DNA from: Minisyncoccia bacterium
GTDB lineage: Bacteria; Patescibacteriota; Minisyncoccia; Phycocordibacterales; Phycocordibacteraceae
Assembly (NCBI GenBank): GCA_038207395.1
Contig: JBBQZW010000001.1
Span: forward strand, 208,862-268,293
DNA length: 59,432 nucleotides
Direction: 5' to 3'
This document shows positions 29,273 to 38,058 of this stretch, piece after piece; within the stretch, counting starts at the first letter, position 1; the number at the start of each line of letters is the position of its first letter. The translations under genes were made by a program, and so were the position numbers. Under the pieces are notes generated by a model. That model did not search any database and had not been told where the DNA came from. It saw only the letters and a program-made list of their open reading frames with translations.

Positions 29273-29400
29273 GAATAGCAATAGGTGTGGATACTCTTTC
29301 AAAAACCAAAGCTCCTATATGAAATTTTTATAAACTCGTTGTGTGGTTATCCCACCTCCCTTTTCCCTTATTCACCTACGCCCGTTGCTACGATAGTGGT

Positions 29401-30078
29401 ATGCGAGCACTTATCATAGATGATGAACAAGGGGTGCGTGAATTGCTTGCGGAAAATCTTCGTTCTCAATGCTTTGCCGTAGACACAGCATCAGATGGTA
29501 CCGAAGGTTCATACTTAGCGCGCACAAATACCTACGACATTATTATTCTGGATAACATGCTCCCTGAAAAATCAGGGGTTACCGTTTGCCAGGAAATACG
29601 TAAGACCGGTCACATGACGCCGATACTTGTTCTCTCAGCGCTTTCGGATACCTGGCGGAAAGTTGATCTGCTCAACAGTGGCGCAGATGACTACATGAGT
29701 AAGCCTTTTTCCTTTGAGGAACTTATGGCACGTATTCGAGCGCTCATGCGAAGACCAAATGAAATTGAAGGAGACATCTTAACTCTTGATGACTTAGTAC
29801 TCGACACTAAGCAGCAAAGTGTAAAACGGGACGGCAAAGGTATATACCTGACCCGAAAAGAATTTATGTTACTTGAATACCTCATGCGCAATCTAGGAAA
29901 CGTCTTAACTCGAGGAATGATCATGGAACATGTATGGGACATGACCAGTGACCCATTCTCAAACACTATTGAGTCACATATTCTTTCGCTTCGTAAGAAA
30001 ATTGATACCAATCCTGAAAGGAAACTTATTTATACGGTTCCGGGGCGAGGATATAAGATTGATATACATCAGTGCTAA
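29401..30078 (+). CDS. OmpR/PhoB-family response regulator (no adjacent kinase)
   Basis: IIDDE, LDNMLP, GADDY.SKPF, TVPGRGY. Confidence 0.92.
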   Translation: MRALIIDDEQGVRELLAENLRSQCFAVDTASDGTEGSYLARTNTYDIIILDNMLPEKSGVTVCQEIRKTGHMTPILVLSALSDTWRKVDLLNSGADDYMSKPFSFEELMARIRALMRRPNEIEGDILTLDDLVLDTKQQSVKRDGKGIYLTRKEFMLLEYLMRNLGNVLTRGMIMEHVWDMTSDPFSNTIESHILSLRKKIDTNPERKLIYTVPGRGYKIDIHQC

Positions 30079-30087
30079 CACTACAAA

Positions 30088-30120
30088 GAACCAGCTCCTG
30101 GCAGAGCCAGGAGCTGGTTC
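30088..30120. terminator. Bidirectional hairpin
   Basis: GAACCAGCTCCTGGC-AGA-GCCAGGAGCTGGTTC. Confidence 0.65.
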
Positions 30121-30145
30121 AAGTCTTCTGCTAAGAAAGTATTCT

Positions 30146-31054
30146 TTAGCGTGAAGTTGAAGAAGCGTGGACTTCATCAGAATGCTCAATCTTTAACGCC
30201 TTAAAGATATCATTCATATCCTTACGAGCCGTCTTAAGATCAGCGCGTGCAGCATCAAGTTTTACCTTTGCCGCTTTAAGCGCTGCCGTATTTGACGCAA
30301 AGATAGTCTTGTCTCCGTTATCGGGCGTAAGATTTGCCACAAGGTTTGCTGCGGCTTGTGCCTGAACCTTAGCGTCTGCAAGCTTGGCAACGTAGTCAGC
30401 GTACGAAGTACGTGCAGCTGCTACGTTTGCTGAACTTGTCGCTGCATCGATACGTGCGTTTAGTTTAGTACCTACGGTTTCCATCTGCGAAACTACGCTA
30501 AGGATACGGTCGCTTGCCGCTACTATAGACGTACGAGGTAGTACGAGGGCATAGGTACGGAACTCAGGACGGATCTTTCCGACATCGTCACGCATGCTCG
30601 AAGTACTCGTGTCGTTACCGATCTGTACCTTGAGTGCGGTAAGCGCCGTGATTTGTGCCTGAAGCATAGCTGTAAAGCTAGCCTTTTCATCAGCGCTCAA
30701 GGTAGCTGATGCAGTAATGCGGCTTGAAAGTGTCTGGAGCGCGGTTACGCGGCCATCAATACTCGCGTCAGCCCGTGCCTGAAGATTTAGGCCCTTCTCC
30801 ATATGTTCAGGCTTCTTATCTTTCATAGCATGCATCTTTTCGGACGAAGACGCTTCATCTGAAGAGCGTTCTTCACGATCCATTCTTTCAGCTTTTCGTT
30901 CATCGTTTCGATTAAGGAATCCTGAGAGGAATCCCTTACGTTCCACCCTAAGATCGTTCTGATCCTGAGTATTTGTTTGTGCAAAGGCGAGCATTGGGGT
31001 TAATGCAATACTTGCTCCGAGAGCGACGGTGGTTATACGGTGTAGTGTTTTCAT
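30146..31054 (-). CDS. Secreted alpha-helical hypothetical protein
   Basis: Signal peptide (AFA); Ala-rich coiled coils. Confidence 0.75.
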   Translation of the reverse strand: MKTLHRITTVALGASIALTPMLAFAQTNTQDQNDLRVERKGFLSGFLNRNDERKAERMDREERSSDEASSSEKMHAMKDKKPEHMEKGLNLQARADASIDGRVTALQTLSSRITASATLSADEKASFTAMLQAQITALTALKVQIGNDTSTSSMRDDVGKIRPEFRTYALVLPRTSIVAASDRILSVVSQMETVGTKLNARIDAATSSANVAAARTSYADYVAKLADAKVQAQAAANLVANLTPDNGDKTIFASNTAALKAAKVKLDAARADLKTARKDMNDIFKALKIEHSDEVHASSTSR

Positions 31055-31075
31055 ACGAAGAGTGGTTCTACCAAA

Positions 31076-31336
31076 TTATTGCGCTTGAGTATGTGCCTGA
31101 ATGCCCTGATCAACAGCAGCTGAATCTTGATCTACTGAAGTGAGTTGTGCATCGAGCGCTGCAGAATCGTTTGTAAGTGCAGCATCAGAAGTATCAGATG
31201 GACTTGTTTGAAGTCCTGAATCTGAATATCCTGGTGTTGTTTCGCTTGGGGAATACGCGCGCATTGCGTACGCTCCTATAAGTAAAACAACAACAGCAAG
31301 CACAATTCCAAGCACAGTTTTATTGGTGGTAGTCAT
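31076..31336 (-). CDS. Small membrane-anchored hypothetical protein
   Basis: MTTTNKTVLGIVLAVVVLLIGAYA plus an acidic Ser/Thr region. Confidence 0.65.
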   Translation of the reverse strand: MTTTNKTVLGIVLAVVVLLIGAYAMRAYSPSETTPGYSDSGLQTSPSDTSDAALTNDSAALDAQLTSVDQDSAAVDQGIQAHTQAQ

Positions 31337-31408
31337 GATAGTTAGGTATGGATAAATCCGAATAAGTAGACGGCCCGGACACACTGCTCTTACTACAGTG
31401 TACCGTGC

Positions 31409-33052
31409 TTACGCATCCTTCTTAGAAGATGCTCGCAAAAACTCAGTGAAAAGCGGATGAGGAGAAAGAGGCCGTGCCTTAAGTTCAGGGTGTGCCTGGG
31501 TGCCAAGCATAAACGGGTGTACGTCACGGGGTAATTCAGCAACTTCCATCAGCACACCGTCGGGGCTTGTAGCAGAGAAGACCATACCTGCAGCCTGCAT
31601 CTGTGCCACATAGCTCGGATTAATTTCGTAGCGGTGACGGTGACGCTCTTCTACCGTATCTGTGCCGTACGCTTCATAGGCAATAGTTCCTTTCTGTACG
31701 AGTTCGACGTACGAGCCAAGGCGCATAGTCCCCCCAAAGTTCTTATCGGCCATATGTTGTTTTTGTGCATCCATGATTGCAACAATCGGATGTGCTGTAT
31801 CAGGATTAATCTCTGTGGTGTGTGCGTCCGTGAGCCCAAGAACATTTCGCGCATACTCAACCACCATAAGCTGCATACCATAACAAATACCAAAGTATGG
31901 AATCTTGTGTTCTCGCGCATACTGAATTGCCTTTAACTTTCCTTCGATGCCTGTTTCTCCGAATCCTCCTGGAACAAGGATGCCATCATAGTCTGAGAGA
32001 CTTTCGATGGAGGCACCCCGTTCAAAGTCTTTCGCATTAAGCCAGGTAATCTGAGGCTTCACCCCAAGCGTAGCGCCTGAGAACTTAAGCGCCTCAATGA
32101 TTGAAAGATAAGCATCAGACAAGACATAGTCACCGGTATCAAAATACTTCCCCACAATTCCGATTCTAACGGTAGGCCGCTCCGAAGTTATTTTTTCAAC
32201 AAACGCTTTCCACTCCCCCATCTGTGGTGCTGTTTCTTTTGAAAGGCGAAGTTTGTCGAGCAGGAGATCTCCCAAATTATCACGTTCAAAATTAAGGGGC
32301 ACGTCATAAATACTTTCAACGTCTGGCGCAGAAATAATGCGGTCAGGGCGAACGTTACACCAGATAGCAAGTTTTTCTTTTCGCTTTTCATCAAGCGCGC
32401 CGGTGCTGCGCGCAATAATGAAGTCTGGCTGTACCCCGTATGAGTTAAGTTCGCGAACCGCGCTTTGCGTTGGTTTCGTCTTCATCTCTCCAAGCGCTCC
32501 AGGCACCGGAAGATACGAGACCATAACGAAGGCAACGTCGTCTGGATTCTTGAGCTTAAGCACGCGCGCGGCTTCTATGAAGAGTGCATTTTGAAAATCT
32601 CCCACCGTTCCTCCAATTTCAATTACGGAAATTTGACTGTCTGACGCTTCTGCTGCAGCTTCCATGCGATTAATAATCTCATCGCGCACATGAGGGATGG
32701 TTTCCACCGTTCCGCCTCCATACTGAAGTGCTCGTTCTCGTTCAATAACCGCTCGGTACACCATCCCACTTGTCATATAGTTCTCAGGTCCGAGATCACG
32801 GTTAAGGAACCGTTCATAATTTCCCATATCCTGATCCGTCTCCAGTCCGCTATTTAGCACAAACACTTCTCCATGTTCTGTCGGGTTCATCGTACCTGCG
32901 TCCACGTTCAGGTACGGGTCCACCTTAACAAGATTCACTACATAGCCACGGTTCTGAAGCAGGAGCCCCATCGAAGAGCTTGCTACTCCTTTGCCAACGC
33001 CCGACATTACCCCGCCGAGTACGAAGATATATTTATGGCCGGGACGCGCCAT
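31409..33052 (-). CDS. pyrG: CTP synthase
   Basis: GGVMSGVGKG, DPYLNVDAGTM, GICYGMQ, HPE. Confidence 0.97.
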   Translation of the reverse strand: MARPGHKYIFVLGGVMSGVGKGVASSSMGLLLQNRGYVVNLVKVDPYLNVDAGTMNPTEHGEVFVLNSGLETDQDMGNYERFLNRDLGPENYMTSGMVYRAVIERERALQYGGGTVETIPHVRDEIINRMEAAAEASDSQISVIEIGGTVGDFQNALFIEAARVLKLKNPDDVAFVMVSYLPVPGALGEMKTKPTQSAVRELNSYGVQPDFIIARSTGALDEKRKEKLAIWCNVRPDRIISAPDVESIYDVPLNFERDNLGDLLLDKLRLSKETAPQMGEWKAFVEKITSERPTVRIGIVGKYFDTGDYVLSDAYLSIIEALKFSGATLGVKPQITWLNAKDFERGASIESLSDYDGILVPGGFGETGIEGKLKAIQYAREHKIPYFGICYGMQLMVVEYARNVLGLTDAHTTEINPDTAHPIVAIMDAQKQHMADKNFGGTMRLGSYVELVQKGTIAYEAYGTDTVEERHRHRYEINPSYVAQMQAAGMVFSATSPDGVLMEVAELPRDVHPFMLGTQAHPELKARPLSPHPLFTEFLRASSKKDA

Positions 33053-33055
33053 ACC

Positions 33056-33976
33056 TTAGATACGCAAATATCGACGCACTGCAACAAATGATGCAAGACC
33101 TCCAAGAAGAACACCGCTTCCGATAAGTACGATGAGGATGAAAAGGAAATTACTGGTGTAGTAGGCGAAGAGATTGAATCCACCGAGCCATGAGGCAAGT
33201 TTAGTTCCGGCGTACCATGTAACAGGATAGAAAAGAATGATGGTGATGATTGCGGCAACCACGCCACTTATGATGCCTGCTACAATAAATGGACCTCGAA
33301 TGAAGGTATTTGACGCACCCACCAGACGCATGACTGCAATCTCATCGCGTGCACTGTAAATAGCCAGGCGCACCGTAGCAAAGGCAATGATGATACTCGC
33401 GATTGCAAAAAGAAGGACCACCGCCAGGCCAGCCTTTTGCGTTGTACCTATTGCTTGGGTAAGACGATCAATAACCGTTTTATTTTGGTAATAGTTAACG
33501 CGCTCTACAATGCTTGAACTGCCGGGGATATTTGAATCATTTGAAAGGTAATTAACAATACCCGCATACTTTGAAGGGTCAGTCGCCTTAACAGCAAGGG
33601 AGGCTCCAAGAGGGTTTTCTCCTAACTGATCAAGGGCCTGAAGCGTGAGCTGATCGTCAGCATGTCGTGCACGAAAATCAGAGAGTGCTTGATCCCGTGA
33701 AGTATATTCAACGCGCGAAACTTCAGGGAGTTTCTCAAGATGCGATTTTACCGAAAGAATGTCCCCTTCCTGCGCTGCAGTGGTGAAGTAGACATTTACG
33801 TCCACTTTATCCTGAATAGCGAGGAGCGTATTAGAAAGAGTCGCTGAAAGAAGTATGAGCGTTGTTATGATGGTGAGCGTTGCCGTCATAATGAGCACCG
33901 TCGCAAAGGAAACTAATCCGTTACGTGAGAACGTCGTAGCACCCGCTGAGAAGATTCGTTTAAAGGTCGGACTCAT
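33056..33976 (-). CDS. ftsX: Cell division permease FtsX
   Basis: [19 protein letters not shown]; follows ftsE. Confidence 0.92.
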   Translation of the reverse strand: MSPTFKRIFSAGATTFSRNGLVSFATVLIMTATLTIITTLILLSATLSNTLLAIQDKVDVNVYFTTAAQEGDILSVKSHLEKLPEVSRVEYTSRDQALSDFRARHADDQLTLQALDQLGENPLGASLAVKATDPSKYAGIVNYLSNDSNIPGSSSIVERVNYYQNKTVIDRLTQAIGTTQKAGLAVVLLFAIASIIIAFATVRLAIYSARDEIAVMRLVGASNTFIRGPFIVAGIISGVVAAIITIILFYPVTWYAGTKLASWLGGFNLFAYYTSNFLFILIVLIGSGVLLGGLASFVAVRRYLRI

Positions 33977-33981
33977 AGTAG

Positions 33982-34662
33982 TTATAGAATATATTGGCCA
34001 TGCGCGTCGTCGCGTGCCACGCGACCGCGATCCATGGTAATCACGCGCTTACCCATTGCGTCCACCACCCCTTTATTATGCGTAGTGATGAGAACCGTCG
34101 TACCGAGCTCATTAATCTTTTTTAAAATTTCAACAATCTCATACGTGTTCACAGGGTCAAGATTACCGGTGGGTTCGTCCGCAATAATAAGATCCGGCTG
34201 GTTCACAATGGCGCGGCCGATAGCAACACGCTGCTGTTCACCCCCAGAAAGCTGATGCGGGAAGTGTCCTCCTTTGTTTCCAATATCAACGAGGTCAAGA
34301 ATGTATGGCACGTCGAGGGAGATCTCTTCGTCAGTACGTCCTGCAGCCTCCATTGCAAAGGCAATGTTTTCATATGCCGTCTTATTGGGTATGAGACGGA
34401 AGTCCTGAAAGACCATCCCTATTTTCCTACGGTAATGATGGAGTGCATGCTTTGGTACGGCATGTACATCAAGCTCTTCAAAAAACACCGTTCCGGTTGT
34501 TGGTTTTTCCTCAGCAAGAAGCATCTTTAGGAGGGTTGTTTTCCCGGCACCAGAATGCCCGACGATGGAGACAAATTCTTTCGGCTGGATGGAGATAGTA
34601 ACGTCGTCCAGCGCTGGAGTGCCGTCGCGGTACGTTTTCGTCACCTTGTCGAAATAAATCAT
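33982..34662 (-). CDS. ftsE: Cell division ATPase FtsE
   Basis: [36 protein letters not shown]. Confidence 0.92.
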   Translation of the reverse strand: MIYFDKVTKTYRDGTPALDDVTISIQPKEFVSIVGHSGAGKTTLLKMLLAEEKPTTGTVFFEELDVHAVPKHALHHYRRKIGMVFQDFRLIPNKTAYENIAFAMEAAGRTDEEISLDVPYILDLVDIGNKGGHFPHQLSGGEQQRVAIGRAIVNQPDLIIADEPTGNLDPVNTYEIVEILKKINELGTTVLITTHNKGVVDAMGKRVITMDRGRVARDDAHGQYIL

Positions 34663-34698
34663 GACTGGACTAGTATACCCCATGCGAGAGAGCCTGGT

Positions 34699-35571
34699 CT
34701 ACGCGTTAGTGTGCGAATCGATAAAATCATCAATATCGCCTGCAAATACAGCATCAGGGTTGTGCGACTCGTAATTCGTCATATGGTCTTTCACCATTTT
34801 GTACGGGTGCATGACATACGAACGCATCTGGCTTCCCCATTCGTTAGCAGTTGTAGTGGCAATGGAACGTCCTTTCGCCTCTGCTTCACGTTTTGTTTCC
34901 TGAAGTGCAAATAGTTTTGAGCGCACGAGCGCCATCGCTTTTTCACGATTCGCGAGCTGACTGCGTTCACTTGAGACGTGTGCAGATATGCCGCTTGGCG
35001 TGTGCGTGATACGCACTGCCGTTTCGCGCTTGTTTACGTTCTGACCGCCCGCTCCTCCGGAACGGGCAAACTGAATATCCAAGTCATCTGGACGAAGTTC
35101 AACTTCATCATTGTTTGAAAGAATTGGTAGAACTTCAACAAGCGCAAATGATGTTTGGCGCTTATCATTCGCATTAAACGGGGAGATACGCACTAAGCGA
35201 TGAACGCCTGCTTCATGCTTAAGTCTTCCATACGCGCCCGGCCCGTCGAGTTCTAAAAGTACGTTACGAAAGCCACCATGGTTATTTTGATTTTCATGGA
35301 GCTCACGTACGCGCCATCCCTTTTTACTTCCATATCCCTCATACATGCCGCGAAGCATACGTACAAAATCTTCCGCGTCGTCGCCCCCAGCTCCTGCAAG
35401 TATCGCAAGCGTTGCAGGACCTGCGTCATGTGGGTCATTCCCCACTTCCCCTCCCTCCTTGAGCATTTGATATTCACGCACCACGCGTTGTGCTTCATCT
35501 TTATCCGCCCAGAAAGACGGTGATGCCATTAGTACTTCTATTTCAGCAAGACGCTGCTCAGTTTCGTTCAT
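34699..35571 (-). CDS. prfB: Peptide chain release factor 2 (short form)
   Basis: SPF tripeptide (RISPF), GGQ, WGSQMRSYV; prfB-ftsE-ftsX gene order. Confidence 0.9.
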   Translation of the reverse strand: MNETEQRLAEIEVLMASPSFWADKDEAQRVVREYQMLKEGGEVGNDPHDAGPATLAILAGAGGDDAEDFVRMLRGMYEGYGSKKGWRVRELHENQNNHGGFRNVLLELDGPGAYGRLKHEAGVHRLVRISPFNANDKRQTSFALVEVLPILSNNDEVELRPDDLDIQFARSGGAGGQNVNKRETAVRITHTPSGISAHVSSERSQLANREKAMALVRSKLFALQETKREAEAKGRSIATTTANEWGSQMRSYVMHPYKMVKDHMTNYESHNPDAVFAGDIDDFIDSHTNA

Positions 35572-35583
35572 GAGAAGAGTATA

Positions 35584-35610
35584 GCAAAACCCGCCAGAGG
35601 CGGGTTTTGC
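35584..35610 (-). terminator. Terminator after tRNA-Thr(CGT)
   Basis: GCAAAACCCGCC-AGA-GGCGGGTTTTGC. Confidence 0.7.
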
Positions 35611-35614
35611 GTTT

Positions 35615-35690
35615 TGGAGCCATCTCGGAGGTTCGAACTCCGGACCTTTTCGCTACGAGTGAAATGCTCTACCAACTGAGCTAAGATGGC
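35615..35690 (-). tRNA. tRNA-Thr(CGT)
   Basis: GCCATCT/AGATGGC stem, CT-CGT-AG loop, TTCGAAC T-loop, CCA. Confidence 0.92.
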
Positions 35691-35705
35691 GACTACCGTA
35701 CGATA

Positions 35706-36167
35706 TCATATTCGCTTTTCTCGAGCGAGTCGAGCAAGTTCTTTCGCTTCTTGGGCGCGCTTACTTGGGGCACGAAATGGCCGACCATTTCCCTTGTTAC
35801 TTCCGGCGAATGTCGGATTCAAAGCATCGCAATTTGGACATATGAGCCGTAAATTCGCTTCTGTGTTATTTCTCCAATTGCCATCTATGTGATCCGCGAC
35901 AAGTGGTACAACTTTTGTCTTTAGATTTACTTCTGACCAATCACACAAATGACACTTATTATTAAATTTTTCTCTAAGAAAACGTTTAATTTGATTTGTG
36001 ACAATACCCATACTACTTAATCCACTTACTTTTTTATCTTTCCAGGCGTCAATATATTTTTTATATTCATACTCACGTTGGCAAGCATTGCTGCAATATT
36101 TATAAAAAGAACGATATGGATCTTTGCCGCACATCAAACAAGGAGTCCGAGGCTTCTTCGCATTCAT
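35706..36167 (-). CDS. Free-standing HNH endonuclease with N-terminal zinc finger
   Basis: CLMC..YCSNAC; CHLC...DHIDGNWRNN..NLRLICPNC; AT-rich; lies between two tRNA-Thr genes. Confidence 0.85.
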   Translation of the reverse strand: MNAKKPRTPCLMCGKDPYRSFYKYCSNACQREYEYKKYIDAWKDKKVSGLSSMGIVTNQIKRFLREKFNNKCHLCDWSEVNLKTKVVPLVADHIDGNWRNNTEANLRLICPNCDALNPTFAGSNKGNGRPFRAPSKRAQEAKELARLAREKRI

Positions 36168-36265
36168 ATATACAGCATACGAGCCGGATCCTTTGGACCC
36201 GGCTCGTATTGATGTTCACAGCACTTATGCACGATATCTTTTCTTTATCTCGGCACCAAAGATAT

Positions 36266-36299
36266 TTGAGCCGATGGGATCACTTGAAGCCCGATCTAC
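36266..36299 (-). repeat. Degenerate duplicate of the tRNA-Thr(GGT) 3' half
   Basis: TTGAGCCGATGGG at 36266-36278 equals 36305-36317; continues as ..TTGAA..CCGA.CTAC. Confidence 0.7.
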
Positions 36300-36307
36300 A
36301 AACATTG

Positions 36308-36568
36308 AGCCGATGGGCAGAATTGAACTGCCGACCTACTCCTTCGCTTACACCTCCCCTCTAAACCACGCGGAGAAGGGCTAGACTGTATCTTCATCTC
36401 TAAGAGATGCCCTTGTCAGTCGTTCGGGCGTACACCAGTGAGATATACGCCACGGTCTTGGCCTGTGGGGCTATTAACCGTAATTCGGGATTCACCTGGG
36501 AATCACTTCCCAGGTGGGCGGAGTCTGCGACCCACCATGGAGTTGCTCTACCCCTGAGCTACATCGGC
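36308..36568 (-). tRNA. tRNA-Thr(GGT), intron-containing (exons 36534-36568 and 36308-36344)
   Basis: Spliced sequence GCCGATGTAGCTCAGGGGTAGAGCAACTCCATGGT|AAGGAGTAGGTCGGCAGTTCAATTCTGCCCATCGGCT folds into a full cloverleaf; CCA not encoded. Confidence 0.92.
36345..36533 (-). ncRNA. 189-nt group I intron at tRNA position 36/37
   Basis: 5' exon ends in U, intron ends in G; P2 CACCTGGGAA-GTGA-TTCCCAGGTG; P7 GACTG/CAGTC; P8 CATCTC/GAGATG; J8/7-P7' AAGATACAGTC. Confidence 0.88.
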
Positions 36569-36587
36569 TTGATCGAACCTTTCTAGC

Positions 36588-37337
36588 CTACGGCATTTCT
36601 ACGACTTTTTCAATGCTTGATTCCTTCGGCTTTTGAAAGTATCCCAGCCAGTAGCTTCGTTTGTACTTTCGTCCGGCGACCATGTTGTAGTGCTCAACGC
36701 GTTCAAGAGAAAGTGGCGTGACATACGGACTATAGGTATCAGTAAGGGTCTGCTTCGTAAACGTTTTCTCAGTAATACCAAGGTCCGGATGAACATAGGT
36801 ATCCGGATCACTTCCCGGGAATCGCTTTACGAGTTCTTTTGCATTAGCATCAGACTCAAGAGAAAGTGCTCGGAGGAATAGGTATCCGCCCGGTTTCAGC
36901 ACCCGCGCAATTTCAGAAAGATAGATTGCTCGCTCATCATCATTTAATGAGTTAGATGACGTAACATCAAGGACAATATCTACAGAAGCAGTTGGGAGCT
37001 GAAAAGCTGCACCGATATTTTGTGAACGGTAGTCGATCGTTTGGTCTCCGTGCGCGGCTATCTTACGCGCCATCGTAAGCGCTGTTTCAGAGAATTCGAA
37101 TCCAATAACATGGGCACCGTGGTTGGCGAAATAAAAGCTGTTACGTCCCGTACCGGAACCCAAATCCAACACGTTCAAGGCTTCCATATCAATCGGTTCC
37201 CCTATCTTTTTATGTTCCTTTTTTAACCAACGCATAAAGCGCACCACATCAGCCTGTGGAACATTGCTTGGTGAAAGCATCTTAGAAGAGCGATATTCTC
37301 GCTCCCAGCCTTCTTTTTGGTTCTGTGAAGCACCCAT
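36588..37337 (-). CDS. Class I SAM-dependent methyltransferase
   Basis: VLDLGSGTGRN, LKPGG. Confidence 0.88.
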   Translation of the reverse strand: MGASQNQKEGWEREYRSSKMLSPSNVPQADVVRFMRWLKKEHKKIGEPIDMEALNVLDLGSGTGRNSFYFANHGAHVIGFEFSETALTMARKIAAHGDQTIDYRSQNIGAAFQLPTASVDIVLDVTSSNSLNDDERAIYLSEIARVLKPGGYLFLRALSLESDANAKELVKRFPGSDPDTYVHPDLGITEKTFTKQTLTDTYSPYVTPLSLERVEHYNMVAGRKYKRSYWLGYFQKPKESSIEKVVEMP

Positions 37338-37374
37338 TCCCCTACCGTACCACGTATGGCACTAGTATGTAGTG

Positions 37375-37773
37375 TTACGAAAGAGGACGAACACTTTTAC
37401 GAAATATCCGAAGAACGACGAGTGCTACGACGACATGCATGAGCATAAGAAGGATAACGGCTCCCCAGGTAGCACCTGCAAAAGGTCCTGACGTAGAACC
37501 TTTTATCAAAACATCAGGGATAAACGAAAGGATCAGTACAATCCAAGCCGTAGTTGCGAAGGTATTCTTTGGCGTACGTGCGTACTTACGGATGATGGCA
37601 AATACGATACCTGCACCCACAGCACCAATGACTGACCATCCAATTACGGGACCGAGGGTGAGCGGCGTAAAAGGACCGGTAAGTCCAACAAGCGGCTTTC
37701 CAACGAAAAGAAGCATGAGGTTTAAAATCGTACTAATAAAGGCTGCAAGAAGAGTTCCAAGAAATAGGGACAT
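37375..37773 (-). CDS. DUF6069-like membrane protein
   Basis: 4 TM, LSFIPD, LMLMHVV. Confidence 0.7.
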   Translation of the reverse strand: MSLFLGTLLAAFISTILNLMLLFVGKPLVGLTGPFTPLTLGPVIGWSVIGAVGAGIVFAIIRKYARTPKNTFATTAWIVLILSFIPDVLIKGSTSGPFAGATWGAVILLMLMHVVVALVVLRIFRKSVRPLS

Positions 37774-37808
37774 AGGCAAAATATGGTGAGTTAGTACTAA
37801 AAGTATAG

Positions 37809-37844
37809 CAAAGAGAAAAGCCCCTTTTGGGGCTTTTCTCTTTG
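37809..37844 (-). terminator. Terminator after tRNA-Asp
   Basis: CAAAGAGAAAAGCCCC-TTTT-GGGGCTTTTCTCTTTG. Confidence 0.7.
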
Positions 37845-37919
37845 GCGCGGCTGACCGGACTCGAACCGGCGACCTATCGCGTGACAGGCGATTGCTCTAA
37901 CCAGCTGAGCTACAGCCGC
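37843..37919 (-). tRNA. tRNA-Asp(GTC)
   Basis: GCGGCTG/CAGCCGC stem, CT-GTC-AC loop, TTCGAGT T-loop, CCA. Confidence 0.95.
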
Positions 37920-37983
37920 ATGTGCCACTCATCGAATATAGCCTTTAAATGCCATTAAAACAAGACTACTTTCAATATTCTTT

Positions 37984-38058
37984 TGGTGCCGGCGGGTGGA
38001 GTCGCGCCACCGTCTAGGGTTTATGAGTCCCTCGTTCTAACTCTTGAACTACGCCGGC
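37984..38058 (-). tRNA. tRNA with CAT anticodon (elongator Met or Ile2), non-canonical loops
   Basis: GCCGGCG/CGCCGGC stem, CT-CAT-AA loop, T-arm GGTGG-CGCGACT-CCACC, ACCA end. Confidence 0.85.

Noticed and set aside
35686-36384. Plus-strand ORFs over the HNH gene and tRNA-Thr
   Set aside because: Antisense to the HNH gene, tRNA exon and intron
36345-36533. Insert as a prophage or IS remnant disrupting a tRNA
   Set aside because: No terminal inverted repeats or target duplication; U/G boundaries and the P7/J8-7 core fit a group I intron
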